The position numbers and the translations under genes are program-made. From assembly GCA_045539515.1 (NCBI GenBank), contig JAZQFN010000065.1, positions 3,429 to 67,428 of the forward strand: a stretch of DNA of 64,000 nt, read 5' to 3'. The DNA comes from Clostridia bacterium. Lineage in GTDB: Bacteria; Bacillota; Clostridia; UMGS1810. Shown piece by piece: positions 17,930 to 26,829 of this stretch. The notes under the pieces were generated by a model. That model made no database searches and was not told where the DNA came from. It saw nothing but the letters and a program-made list of their open reading frames with translations. Each line of letters starts with the position of its first letter. Position 1 is the first letter of the stretch.

Positions 17930-18820
17930 TTATTTAAGCAATCCGTAATTAACCATTGCTTTTCTTAATACTTCCTTATTTGCTTCGCTCATTTCGCAAA
18001 GAGGCATTCTTAAATCTCCTGCGTTGTAGCCCATCATATTCATAGCTGTCTTAACAGGAATGGGATTAACCTCTATAAAGAGCGCATCCACAAGGTCGAG
18101 AGCTTCAAGCTGAAGCTTTAAAGCGGTTTCGGTATCGCCTGCAAGGTAGCTTGCAACCATATCGTGGGTCTGCTTTGGAGCCACATTGGAAAGAACAGAG
18201 ATAACGCCCTTACCGCCAAGGGAAAGAAGGGGTACTATCTGGTCGTCGTTACCGGAGTAGATTGTAAGCTCGTCACCGCAAAGCTGAGCAATTTTGGCAA
18301 CCTGAGAAATATTGCCGCTTGCTTCCTTAATGCCTACTATGTTTTCCACCTTGGAAAGCTCTTTTGCAGTTTCGGGAGTAATATTGAGCCCTGTTCTGGA
18401 AGGCACATTGTAGAGAATAATCGGAAGCTTTACAGCATTCGCTATCATTGTGTAGTGTTTTATAAGACCTCTCTGGGTGGTTTTGTTGTAGTAAGGTGTT
18501 ACAAGTAAAAGTGCATCTACCCCAAGAGCTTCTGCTTTCTTGCTGAGCTCAATACCGTGTTTGGTATCATTGGAGCCGGTACCTGCAATTACGGGTACTC
18601 TGCCTGCTACCTTCTTCACACAGTAGTCGATAACTTCAAGATGCTCTTCGTCGGGCATTGCCGCAGATTCACCTGTGGTACCGCATACAACTATGGCATC
18701 GGTATTACCCGCAATCTGATCTTCGATTATTTTGCCGAAGCACTCAAAATCAACTGTGCCGTCTGCCTTGAAGGGAGTGATAATTGCAACTGCTGCGCCT
18801 GTAAAAACAATAGGTTTCAT
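17930..18820 (-). CDS. dapA: 4-hydroxy-tetrahydrodipicolinate synthase
   Basis: Motifs: VVCGTTGES, YNVPSRTG, GIKEASG. Confidence 0.9.
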   Translation of the reverse strand: MKPIVFTGAAVAIITPFKADGTVDFECFGKIIEDQIAGNTDAIVVCGTTGESAAMPDEEHLEVIDYCVKKVAGRVPVIAGTGSNDTKHGIELSKKAEALGVDALLLVTPYYNKTTQRGLIKHYTMIANAVKLPIILYNVPSRTGLNITPETAKELSKVENIVGIKEASGNISQVAKIAQLCGDELTIYSGNDDQIVPLLSLGGKGVISVLSNVAPKQTHDMVASYLAGDTETALKLQLEALDLVDALFIEVNPIPVKTAMNMMGYNAGDLRMPLCEMSEANKEVLRKAMVNYGLLK

Positions 18821-18835
18821 AGGACTTTTCCTCCA

Positions 18836-19837
18836 TTAATTATTTTCCCAATAAGAAATAAGCTTCTGGGCAATCTGTACTGCGTTTGCAGCAGCGCCCT
18901 TTCTGATGTTATCTGCAACAACCCAGAGATTAACACCGCTTTCAACGCTTTCATCGCGGCGGATTCTGCCAACATATGTTTCGTTAGTACCTGTAGCGTT
19001 AATAGCAAGAGGATACACGTTGTTTTCGGGGTCATCCTGCACTACAATGCCGGGGGCATTCTTAAGTACTTCTTTGAGTTCGTCTAAGTCAAACTGCTTT
19101 TCAAACTCAAGGTTTATGGATTCGGAGTGACCGTTAAATACGGGAACTCTTACAGTAGTTGCTGTAATCTTAAGGCTGCTGTCGCCAAGAATCTTTTTGG
19201 TTTCATCTACCATCTTCATTTCTTCCTTGGTGTAACCATTGGGGAGAAATACGTCGATGTGAGGTATACAGTTGTTTGCAATGGGATGGGGGAACTTCTT
19301 GGGAGCTTCGCCCTTAAGACCGTTTTCAAGGTCATTCCAGCCGCCCATACCTGCACCGGATACTGCCTGATATGTAGAATAGATTATTCTCTTGATGTTG
19401 TACTTATCGTGGAGAGGCTTAAGTGCTACCATAGCCTGAATTGTGGAACAGTTGGGGTTTGCTATGATGCCTTTGTTCTTCATAATGTCTTCGGGGTTAA
19501 CCTCGGGAACTACGAGGGGTACCTCGGGGTTCATTCTCCATGCGCTGGAGTTATCTATAACAACTACGCCCTTGGAAGCTGCTATGGGAGCAAACTTCTC
19601 ACTGGTGGAACCGCCTGCGGAGAAGAGAGCAATGTCTATGTCCTTATCAAAGGAGTTTTCTGTAAGCTCTTCAATAACATACTCCTTACCCATAAACTCT
19701 ACCGTGGAACCTGCAGAACGTGCAGAAGCCATAAGGTAATAGTTCTCTACGGGAAGGTTAATTTCCTCAAGAACTTTAAGGAAGGTTCTTCCTACCATGC
19801 CTGTAGCGCCTACTACGGCAACATTATACTTTTTCAT
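18836..19837 (-). CDS. asd: Aspartate-semialdehyde dehydrogenase
   Basis: Motifs: VGATGMVG, ANPNCSTI, SGAG. Confidence 0.9.
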   Translation of the reverse strand: MKKYNVAVVGATGMVGRTFLKVLEEINLPVENYYLMASARSAGSTVEFMGKEYVIEELTENSFDKDIDIALFSAGGSTSEKFAPIAASKGVVVIDNSSAWRMNPEVPLVVPEVNPEDIMKNKGIIANPNCSTIQAMVALKPLHDKYNIKRIIYSTYQAVSGAGMGGWNDLENGLKGEAPKKFPHPIANNCIPHIDVFLPNGYTKEEMKMVDETKKILGDSSLKITATTVRVPVFNGHSESINLEFEKQFDLDELKEVLKNAPGIVVQDDPENNVYPLAINATGTNETYVGRIRRDESVESGVNLWVVADNIRKGAAANAVQIAQKLISYWENN

Positions 19838-19883
19838 AATATATCATCCTTTCACATTGTATACAAATTTAAATCCGGACACA

Positions 19884-19912
19884 ATAAAAGCCGGCTTATA
19901 CGAGAGCCGACT
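19884..19912 (-). terminator. Expression-platform terminator of the lysine riboswitch
   Basis: On the minus strand, GUCGGCU-CUCGUAUA-AGCCGGC followed by UUUUAUU. Confidence 0.6.
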
Positions 19913-20015
19913 GCACACACAAGATAACGAGTACAGATAGCCCTCCGCAAATGCTATACACATCGGGAGAAAACACCATATTACAAGAAGCTCTCCGCAA
20001 TATAACACATAATAT

Positions 20016-20158
20016 GCGACAGTCACGGCGCTCTTAACGCCGGAACCAGAAACCCTGCCTTCGGGGACAAAACCTCTTCGGCACTTTTGCCTTTCCGCAC
20101 AAGCTACGGAGCCCGAACTCCTGGCCTGCAGTACTTATAAAAAGTGCACCTCTATCTA
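20016..20158 (-). promoter_or_regulatory. Lysine riboswitch (L-box)
   Basis: The minus strand reads GAUAGAGGUGC...GCGGAAAGGCAAAAGUGCCGAAG...UUUCUGGUUCCGGCG...GUGACUGUCGC. This matches the conserved blocks of the B. subtilis lysC L-box. It lies upstream of asd-dapA-dapB. Confidence 0.75.
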
Positions 20159-20167
20159 ACTTACAAC

Positions 20168-20196
20168 AGTATACCACTTTTAGGTCTGCAAGTCAA
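20168..20196 (-). promoter_or_regulatory. Promoter TTGACT-17-TATACT (TG-extended) for the L-box operon
   Basis: Read on the minus strand immediately upstream of the riboswitch. Confidence 0.55.
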
Positions 20197-20350
20197 TGGG
20201 TTTTAAGCAAAAAATACCACCAACTTATGTTACATTTACAATACCTTTTATTGACGATTACGTGAAAAACTTGACTAATTGATTGCGTAATATTATAATA
20301 TATAATGCGAATTTGTGCAATTAACCTCTTTTCGTAAAGGAGATGCTATA

Positions 20351-21667
20351 TTGAAAAAATTACTTCTGCTCATAATAATTATGCTGAGTTTATTCATTTG
20401 TTGCTGTGTAAGCGTAAATGCGTCAGAATACGACACCATAAAGGTGGGTCTTTACTACGCCTCCACCGCCAAAAGCACTGTCAGCATTAAAGTAGACACC
20501 GGCATAAGCTACGGCTACCACGACGGCACATCACATATTGAGTTGGGTCAGCTTGCCCTTACCGAGCTTACCTTCCGTGCCACAGGTCAAAATCAGGTGA
20601 TAATAAACGAGGTTCAGACCTTTACCGGCGAAAACGGTAACATTTCAATTGTGCCTTTAGAGGGAAATATTACAATAAACGACAAAGAGTACCGCGGCTC
20701 GGTGCTTCTTACCAATGTAAGCGCAGGCTCTATGTACATAATAAACCTTGTTACTCTGGAAGAATACCTCTACGGGGTAGTACCCAATGAAGTATCATCC
20801 TCATGGGATTCTGATGCCCTTAAAGCACAGGCAGTATGCGCAAGAGGCTTTGCTGTATCCAACTACAACAAGCACGAAAGCTACGGCTTTAATGTATGCG
20901 CCACCACCAACTGTCAGGTGTATGGCGGTGTAGCAAGCGAAAAGGACTCAACCACCAAGGCGGTTGACGACACTATGGGTGAAGTAGTAATGTATGAAGA
21001 CAAGCCCATAGAATCTCTGTTTTTCTCCTCGAGCGGAGGTCACACGGCAAATGTAAAAAATGTGTGGGGAAGCTCCATAGAATACCTAAGCGGTGTACCC
21101 GACCCCTACGAACCCGAAGGTTCACCAAGGCACTCCTGGAGTGCAACCCTCACCTTAAATGAAATAGAAACTGCCCTTAAGGCAAGTAATATTGATGTGG
21201 GAACAGTAACCGAGCTTTCTGCCGTAAATGACGAAACCGGCAGAATCTGTGAACTTACGGTAAAGGGAACCTCAGGCACCAAAACCCTTACAAGAGGCAG
21301 TGCATATGCACCATTTGTATCCTACGGAGTAATAAGTCAGAAGTTTACCCTTATACCTGCATCCACAGGAGGAAGAGAGCTGTATGCCATAACGGAAACG
21401 GGAACCAAAAAGCTCTCCGGTTACAGCATAATTGACTCCACCGGCAAAATAAAAGCTCTGAACTCCGGATTCTGTATGCAGACTCCCTATGGCCCCGAAC
21501 CCTACGTAGGCGGTGATGTAACCGGCTACACATTCTCCGGCGGAGGATGGGGACACGGCGTAGGAATGAGCCAATACGGTGCTATGGGTATGGCAAACGA
21601 AGGCTTTACCTACGAGGAAATTCTCGCTCACTACTACCCCGGTACATACATAGACACCTTATATTGA
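20351..21667 (+). CDS. SpoIID/LytB domain-containing protein
   Basis: Motifs: ALKAQAVCARGFA, FFSSSGGHT, GHGVGMSQYGA. TTG start at 20351 lies 8 nt after AGGAG. Confidence 0.8.
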   Translation: MKKLLLLIIIMLSLFICCCVSVNASEYDTIKVGLYYASTAKSTVSIKVDTGISYGYHDGTSHIELGQLALTELTFRATGQNQVIINEVQTFTGENGNISIVPLEGNITINDKEYRGSVLLTNVSAGSMYIINLVTLEEYLYGVVPNEVSSSWDSDALKAQAVCARGFAVSNYNKHESYGFNVCATTNCQVYGGVASEKDSTTKAVDDTMGEVVMYEDKPIESLFFSSSGGHTANVKNVWGSSIEYLSGVPDPYEPEGSPRHSWSATLTLNEIETALKASNIDVGTVTELSAVNDETGRICELTVKGTSGTKTLTRGSAYAPFVSYGVISQKFTLIPASTGGRELYAITETGTKKLSGYSIIDSTGKIKALNSGFCMQTPYGPEPYVGGDVTGYTFSGGGWGHGVGMSQYGAMGMANEGFTYEEILAHYYPGTYIDTLY

Positions 21668-21697
21668 TAAAAGCACTACCGAAAGGAATAATATACA

Positions 21698-22723
21698 TTG
21701 AAAACCAGCGATTTTTACTACGATTTACCTCAGGAGCTTATTGCTCAGACACCTCTTACCGACCGTTCTTCATCAAGACTTTTGTCTGTGGACAAAAACA
21801 CCGGAGAACTTGAACACGGTGTATTTACGGACATACTGCAAAAAATAAATCCCGGTGACTGCCTTGTGGTTAACAACACAAGAGTTTTGCCTGCCAGACT
21901 TTACGGAGTTAAAGAAGGAACCGGAGGTAAAATAGAATTTTTGCTGTTGAACCGAAAAGAGGGAAACATCTGGGAAGTAATTCTTAAGCCCGGAAAAAAA
22001 GCCAGACCGGGTGCAAGATTCATATTTGGTGACGGACTTCTCACAGCAGAAATTCTTGACACCGTAAACGACGGAAACCGTCTGGTGGAATTCCACTACG
22101 AAGGCATATGGGAAGAAGTGCTGGATAAACTGGGAGAAATGCCCCTTCCGCCTTACATTACCTGTAAGCTGGAGGATAAAGAAAGATACCAGACCGTGTA
22201 TTCAAAACACAACGGAAGTGCCGCCGCTCCTACCGCAGGGCTTCACTTTACAAAAGAGCTTATGTCGGCACTCCAGGAAAAAGGCGTTAAAATTGCCTAT
22301 GTAACCCTCCACGTAGGTCTTGGAACCTTTCGTCCGGTAAAAGTTGACGATGTGGAAAACCACAAAATGCACTCTGAATTTTACATAATAGACAAAGAAA
22401 CTGCAGAGCTTATAAATACCACAAAGAAAAACGGCGGAAGAATAATTTCAGTAGGTACCACCTCCACAAGAGTGCTGGAAACTGTAGCCGATGAAAACGG
22501 ATATGTAAAAGAAGCCACCGGCTGGACTGATATATTTATATATCCCCCATACAAGCTGAAATGCCCTGACGCACTCATTACAAACTTCCACCTGCCGGAA
22601 TCTACTTTACTTATGTTGGTAAGTGCGTTTTCTTCAAAGGAAATTATGATGAACGCTTACAAAGAAGCTGTAAAGGAAAAATACAGATTTTTCAGTTTCG
22701 GAGACGCGATGTTCATTTGCTGA
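21698..22723 (+). CDS. queA: S-adenosylmethionine:tRNA ribosyltransferase-isomerase
   Basis: Motifs: [32 protein letters not shown]. Confidence 0.9.
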   Translation: MKTSDFYYDLPQELIAQTPLTDRSSSRLLSVDKNTGELEHGVFTDILQKINPGDCLVVNNTRVLPARLYGVKEGTGGKIEFLLLNRKEGNIWEVILKPGKKARPGARFIFGDGLLTAEILDTVNDGNRLVEFHYEGIWEEVLDKLGEMPLPPYITCKLEDKERYQTVYSKHNGSAAAPTAGLHFTKELMSALQEKGVKIAYVTLHVGLGTFRPVKVDDVENHKMHSEFYIIDKETAELINTTKKNGGRIISVGTTSTRVLETVADENGYVKEATGWTDIFIYPPYKLKCPDALITNFHLPESTLLMLVSAFSSKEIMMNAYKEAVKEKYRFFSFGDAMFIC

Positions 22724-22827
22724 AAGCAAATGAACAGGGAATAGGTAATAAGGAATAGTGAAGAAGTGTGGTAGCTTTTTACTTTGGCGAAAGGCTTCAT
22801 TTTTGAAGAAAGAACAGGTAATAAATT

Positions 22828-23958
22828 ATGTTTAAGCTTATAAAACAAGACGGTCTTACAAGGCGAGGCGAATTTAAAACTGTACACGGCACGGTGCAGA
22901 CACCGGTGTTTATGAATGTAGGTACACTCGGCGCAATTAAAGGTGCTGTTTCGTCCATGGATTTAAAGGAAATAGGCTGTCAGGTGGAGCTATCCAACAC
23001 CTATCACCTGCATGTACGCCCCGGCGACAAGATAATAAAGGAAATGGGCGGTCTGCACAAATTTATGAACTGGGACAGACCCATTCTTACAGACAGCGGC
23101 GGATTTCAGGTATTCTCTCTGGCAAAGCTCCGCAAAATCAAAGAAGAGGGCGTATACTTTAACTCCCACATAGACGGCAAGAAAATTTTTATGGGTCCTG
23201 AGGAAAGTATGCAGATACAATCCAACTTAGGCTCCACCATTGCTATGGCATTTGACGAATGTGTGGCTCTTCCCGCAGAGTACAAATACGCAAAACAAAG
23301 CCACGAAAGAACCATCCGCTGGCTGGAGCGTTGCAAAGCGGAAATGGCACGCCTTAACGCCCTGCCCGACACGGTAAACCCCAAACAGATGCTATTTGGC
23401 ATAAATCAGGGTGCCACCTTCGACGACCTGAGAATAGAAAATATGAAGGAAATTGCAAAGCTCGACCTTGACGGCTACGCCATAGGCGGACTTGCAGTGG
23501 GAGAAACCACAGAGGAAATGTACCACATACTGGATGTAACCCTTCCCCACGCTCCGGAAAACAAGCCACGATACCTTATGGGTGTAGGCACTCCCCAGAA
23601 TATACTGGAAGCGGTAGACAGAGGCATTGACTTCTTCGACTGCGTAATGCCGAGCCGTAACGCAAGACATTGCAACCTGTTTACGGAATTCGGCTATATG
23701 AACCTTAAAAACGAAAAATTTGAAAAAGACCCCCTCCCAATAGAGCTGGGTTGCGATTGCCCTGCCTGCAGAAATTACTCAAGGGCATATATAAGACATC
23801 TGTTTAAAGCCAAGGAAATGCTGGCAATGCGTCTTTGTGTTCTGCATAACCTTTTCTTCTACAACAGACTTATGGAAAACATCCGCAAAGCCATAGAAGA
23901 AGGCAGATACAAGGAATTTAAAGAAGAGAAGCTTAAGGCTTATTCAAAAAGAGTGTAA
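22828..23958 (+). CDS. tgt: tRNA-guanine transglycosylase
   Basis: Motifs: TPVFMNVGT, LTDSGGFQV, GLAVGE, and the zinc site CDCPAC...H. Confidence 0.9.
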   Translation: MFKLIKQDGLTRRGEFKTVHGTVQTPVFMNVGTLGAIKGAVSSMDLKEIGCQVELSNTYHLHVRPGDKIIKEMGGLHKFMNWDRPILTDSGGFQVFSLAKLRKIKEEGVYFNSHIDGKKIFMGPEESMQIQSNLGSTIAMAFDECVALPAEYKYAKQSHERTIRWLERCKAEMARLNALPDTVNPKQMLFGINQGATFDDLRIENMKEIAKLDLDGYAIGGLAVGETTEEMYHILDVTLPHAPENKPRYLMGVGTPQNILEAVDRGIDFFDCVMPSRNARHCNLFTEFGYMNLKNEKFEKDPLPIELGCDCPACRNYSRAYIRHLFKAKEMLAMRLCVLHNLFFYNRLMENIRKAIEEGRYKEFKEEKLKAYSKRV

Positions 23959-24062
23959 ACAATTTGTAAAAATCAGGCGAAATGATATATTTTGCTTGAT
24001 TTTTTACATTATATGGTATATAATATTATCTATATTATTTAATTTTTCAGGAGGTAGTAATT

Positions 24063-24425
24063 ATGGGTCCTTACGGCGGCATAATAATGATGGTGGTTTT
24101 ATTTGCAGTAATGTATTTTATGATAATAAGACCTCAGAAAAAACGTGAAAAACTTATGAAGGAAATGCTCTCCCAGCTTACAAAGGGCGATGTAATCCTT
24201 ACTATAGGCGGCATTGTAGGTAAAATTGTTTCCGTTAAAGATGATGAGCTTCTCATCGAAAGCGGCAGAGGCAACGAAAAGAGCCATCTCCGTATGAAGA
24301 AGAGTGCCATAAGCGAAGTTCTTAAGGCTGCTCCCGATCCGGACGACAACTATGATGAAGGTAATCCCATCCCACAGGTTGAAGAAAAGGCTCAGGAAAC
24401 AAATACTGAAGCAGAAGACAAATAA
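24063..24425 (+). CDS. yajC: Preprotein translocase subunit YajC
   Basis: Motif: IIRPQKKREK...LTKGDVILTIGGIVGKI. Confidence 0.85.
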   Translation: MGPYGGIIMMVVLFAVMYFMIIRPQKKREKLMKEMLSQLTKGDVILTIGGIVGKIVSVKDDELLIESGRGNEKSHLRMKKSAISEVLKAAPDPDDNYDEGNPIPQVEEKAQETNTEAEDK

Positions 24426-24504
24426 TAGTATATTGTTTATCTGAATACTAATGGTATAATATTTTTCACCTCCGAATATTCTTGTAATAATCGGAGGTGG
24501 ATTT

Positions 24505-24936
24505 ATGATTAAAGCAGACACTAACCCCCGCCAAAACGGAGGGTTAACCCCTTTTTACAGCATAAAATCAGTGATAAAAGGTGTGGTTTTTTCCTACATA
24601 ATCCTGATACCGGCGTTTATTGTGCTGGCGGCGGTGTACACCTACACCCCTATGCCCGACAGCTACCTTAAACCTGCAATTATCGTAATAAGTATTCTAA
24701 GCATATTTTTATCGGGATTTATGTCCTCGGTAAGGGTTAGGTCCAAAGGATGGCTCCACGGCATCATAGCAGGGCTTCTGTATGCAATAGTCCGTCTTAT
24801 TACCGGACTTGCGGTATTCGGAAGTTATGTTCCAAATCAATCTGTAGCTTTAACATTTATTGTTACCATGCTTATAGCTGCTGCAGGAGGCATTGCGGGA
24901 GTAAATTTCGGAAGTAAATCACAAAGGAACTATTAA
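24505..24936 (+). CDS. Four-TM membrane protein (TIGR04086/YrzE-like)
   Basis: Four hydrophobic segments. GGAGGTG RBS. First gene of the secDF-linked cluster. Confidence 0.5.
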   Translation: MIKADTNPRQNGGLTPFYSIKSVIKGVVFSYIILIPAFIVLAAVYTYTPMPDSYLKPAIIVISILSIFLSGFMSSVRVRSKGWLHGIIAGLLYAIVRLITGLAVFGSYVPNQSVALTFIVTMLIAAAGGIAGVNFGSKSQRNY

Positions 24937-24954
24937 AACACGGAGTGACGGTTT

Positions 24955-25635
24955 ATGAAGCATATTCTCACAGCTGTTTGCCTTGTAATTTCCCTTACTG
25001 CGGGTGGTCTGTCAAGCAATCACGACCATACCGAAATCACAACTAAAGCCGGCAAATACGTAGTGGTGCTTACACCCTCCTCGGACACAACAGATATTTC
25101 CGACAAAGATATGGAAGCAGCTGCGGAAGCTATGCGCACAAGGCTTGATTCTGCAGGGTATACTGAATCTGAAGTGGCTGTAGCCCACAACAAAATAGAA
25201 GTTACATTGCCCGTAGAAGTATCTGAGTATATTCAAACCCTGCTTACATCTGCTTCAACCATTACCTTTACCGACTACGAAGACAACATCATAATCGATG
25301 CAAGCCACATATCCGATGTTAAATTTGCAGAAGTAAATATGGGACACGGCACAGAATATGGCATAGACATATTGTTTACCACCGAAGGTGCTGCTGTGCT
25401 GAAAGAAGAAACCACAAGAATATCCGCACTTCCTCATGGAAATAATATCATAAAAATAGCGATTGACGATGCATTTATATCGGCTCCATATGTTAGTTTC
25501 CCCATTGAAAACGCTGAATGTCGTATACTTGGTGATTTTACTCGGGAGGATGCAAAAAAATTTGTGAATCAGATGCGCGGAGGTTTGCTCCCCTATTGGT
25601 TTGAAATCGAAAGCATTAAATCCTCCGAAGAATAA
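24955..25635 (+). CDS. SecD P1-domain-only paralog A (signal-anchored)
   Basis: Aligns with SecD aa ~60-240. DMEAAAEAMRTRLDSAGYTE matches SecD DMEAAQEVLRTRLSAQGYTE. ISALPHGNNIIKIAIDDAFISAPYV..ECRILGDFTREDA...GGLLP matches SecD ISALPEGSNIIAIVLDDAVVSSPRV..ECFIEGDFTEETA...GGKLP. It ends where the SecD TM bundle begins. Confidence 0.6.
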   Translation: MKHILTAVCLVISLTAGGLSSNHDHTEITTKAGKYVVVLTPSSDTTDISDKDMEAAAEAMRTRLDSAGYTESEVAVAHNKIEVTLPVEVSEYIQTLLTSASTITFTDYEDNIIIDASHISDVKFAEVNMGHGTEYGIDILFTTEGAAVLKEETTRISALPHGNNIIKIAIDDAFISAPYVSFPIENAECRILGDFTREDAKKFVNQMRGGLLPYWFEIESIKSSEE

Positions 25636-25646
25636 GAGGAAAGCCT

Positions 25647-26372
25647 ATGAATGATAATTCCTCCGGCAAAAGAAATCAGACACTGACTTCAATAATTGCA
25701 ATTATACTGCTTACTGTCGCAATTATACTTGTGGCAACAAGCTGTATTAAGGATGATGCTTCCTTGATACAAAATGATGAAGAAACTGCGAAGTTTAAAG
25801 GTATCATCCTCACCTACTCCCCCAAAGACGGTACTTCGGTAACTGAAAAAGACATGGAAGTATATTCGGAACTTATTGTTTCGAGGCTAAGGGGAAAAGG
25901 ATATACCGATGCCATAGTAATAAACAGAGGCAAAAGCCTCCTGGTGGAAATTCCGGATATACGGGAGTTTCCCCAAGCGGAAAGCCTTGCGCAAAGGCCG
26001 GTTACAGAAATAACCGATGCAAGCGGAAATGTGCTTGTGAACGCCTCTCACATTAAAGACGCAAATACAGAGCTCGGTAAACTTACAGAGGACTCCAAAG
26101 GATATAAGGTCACAATTAGCTTTACCGACGAAGGCTCTTTAAAATTCGGACAGGCTACCGGGGAAATAAGTACCCGGGAAGCAGACAACCGTATATACAT
26201 TAATCTTGACAAGATAACCGTAGCTTCCCCCGAAGTTTACGGTGCCGTAGAAAACGGTGAGTGCATTATAGAAGGAAACTTTAGCGAAAGCGAGGCAAAG
26301 TTACTTGCAACTATGATAAGAGCTTCCGCAATTCCCTTTGAAATGGAACTTACAGATAACAAAACCAATTAA
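25647..26372 (+). CDS. SecD P1-domain-only paralog B (membrane-anchored)
   Basis: Same alignment as paralog A: EKDMEVYSELIVSRLRGKGYTDA, LLVEIP, ASHIKDA, FTDEGSLKFGQAT, VASPEV...GECIIEGNFSESEA...IPFEMEL. Confidence 0.6.
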   Translation: MNDNSSGKRNQTLTSIIAIILLTVAIILVATSCIKDDASLIQNDEETAKFKGIILTYSPKDGTSVTEKDMEVYSELIVSRLRGKGYTDAIVINRGKSLLVEIPDIREFPQAESLAQRPVTEITDASGNVLVNASHIKDANTELGKLTEDSKGYKVTISFTDEGSLKFGQATGEISTREADNRIYINLDKITVASPEVYGAVENGECIIEGNFSESEAKLLATMIRASAIPFEMELTDNKTN

Positions 26373-26396
26373 AATACATTGGCAGGTAACTTACTT

Positions 26397-26768
26397 ATGA
26401 CAAAGACAAGAAGAACAATTTGCATATTAACTGCAATAGCGCTGTGTGTTCTTACGCTCTTTCAGGCATTGTGCATCATATCGGTGCATTGTGCCAAAGG
26501 CAGCGGAAGCTACTCACGGTTTGTTGCCGTGTATCCAAATGTGTTTTTCTCCAATGTTCGGTCCCAGTCGTTGGTGGCAAGTCCCAAAGCACTTACCCAC
26601 ACCTGGATAAGAAATAAGGAGCCTGTAACCGATGAGCAAAATGAGTACAAGCTGTATAAATCGGGCAATATTGCCATAAGTTCTCCGGATTCTTACGAAA
26701 GCCCGGCTTTAGAAATTCAAAATTCATATAACGGCAAGAAATTCACAACCTATCATATGAGAATTTGA
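26397..26768 (+). CDS. Hypothetical membrane-anchored protein
   Basis: N-terminal TM segment. No recognisable domain and a weak RBS. The track start at 26379 is a TTG. Confidence 0.4.
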   Translation: MTKTRRTICILTAIALCVLTLFQALCIISVHCAKGSGSYSRFVAVYPNVFFSNVRSQSLVASPKALTHTWIRNKEPVTDEQNEYKLYKSGNIAISSPDSYESPALEIQNSYNGKKFTTYHMRI

Positions 26769-26829
26769 TACCAAAGATATTTAATAATATTTAAATATAA
26801 AAACAAATTTAAGAAAGGAAGATTTTTTT

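Noticed and set aside
21668-22827. A preQ1 riboswitch near queA/tgt.
   Set aside because: The queA upstream gap is ~30 bp. The queA-tgt spacer (22724-22827) shows no preQ1-type small hairpin/pseudoknot with an A-rich tail that I could identify.
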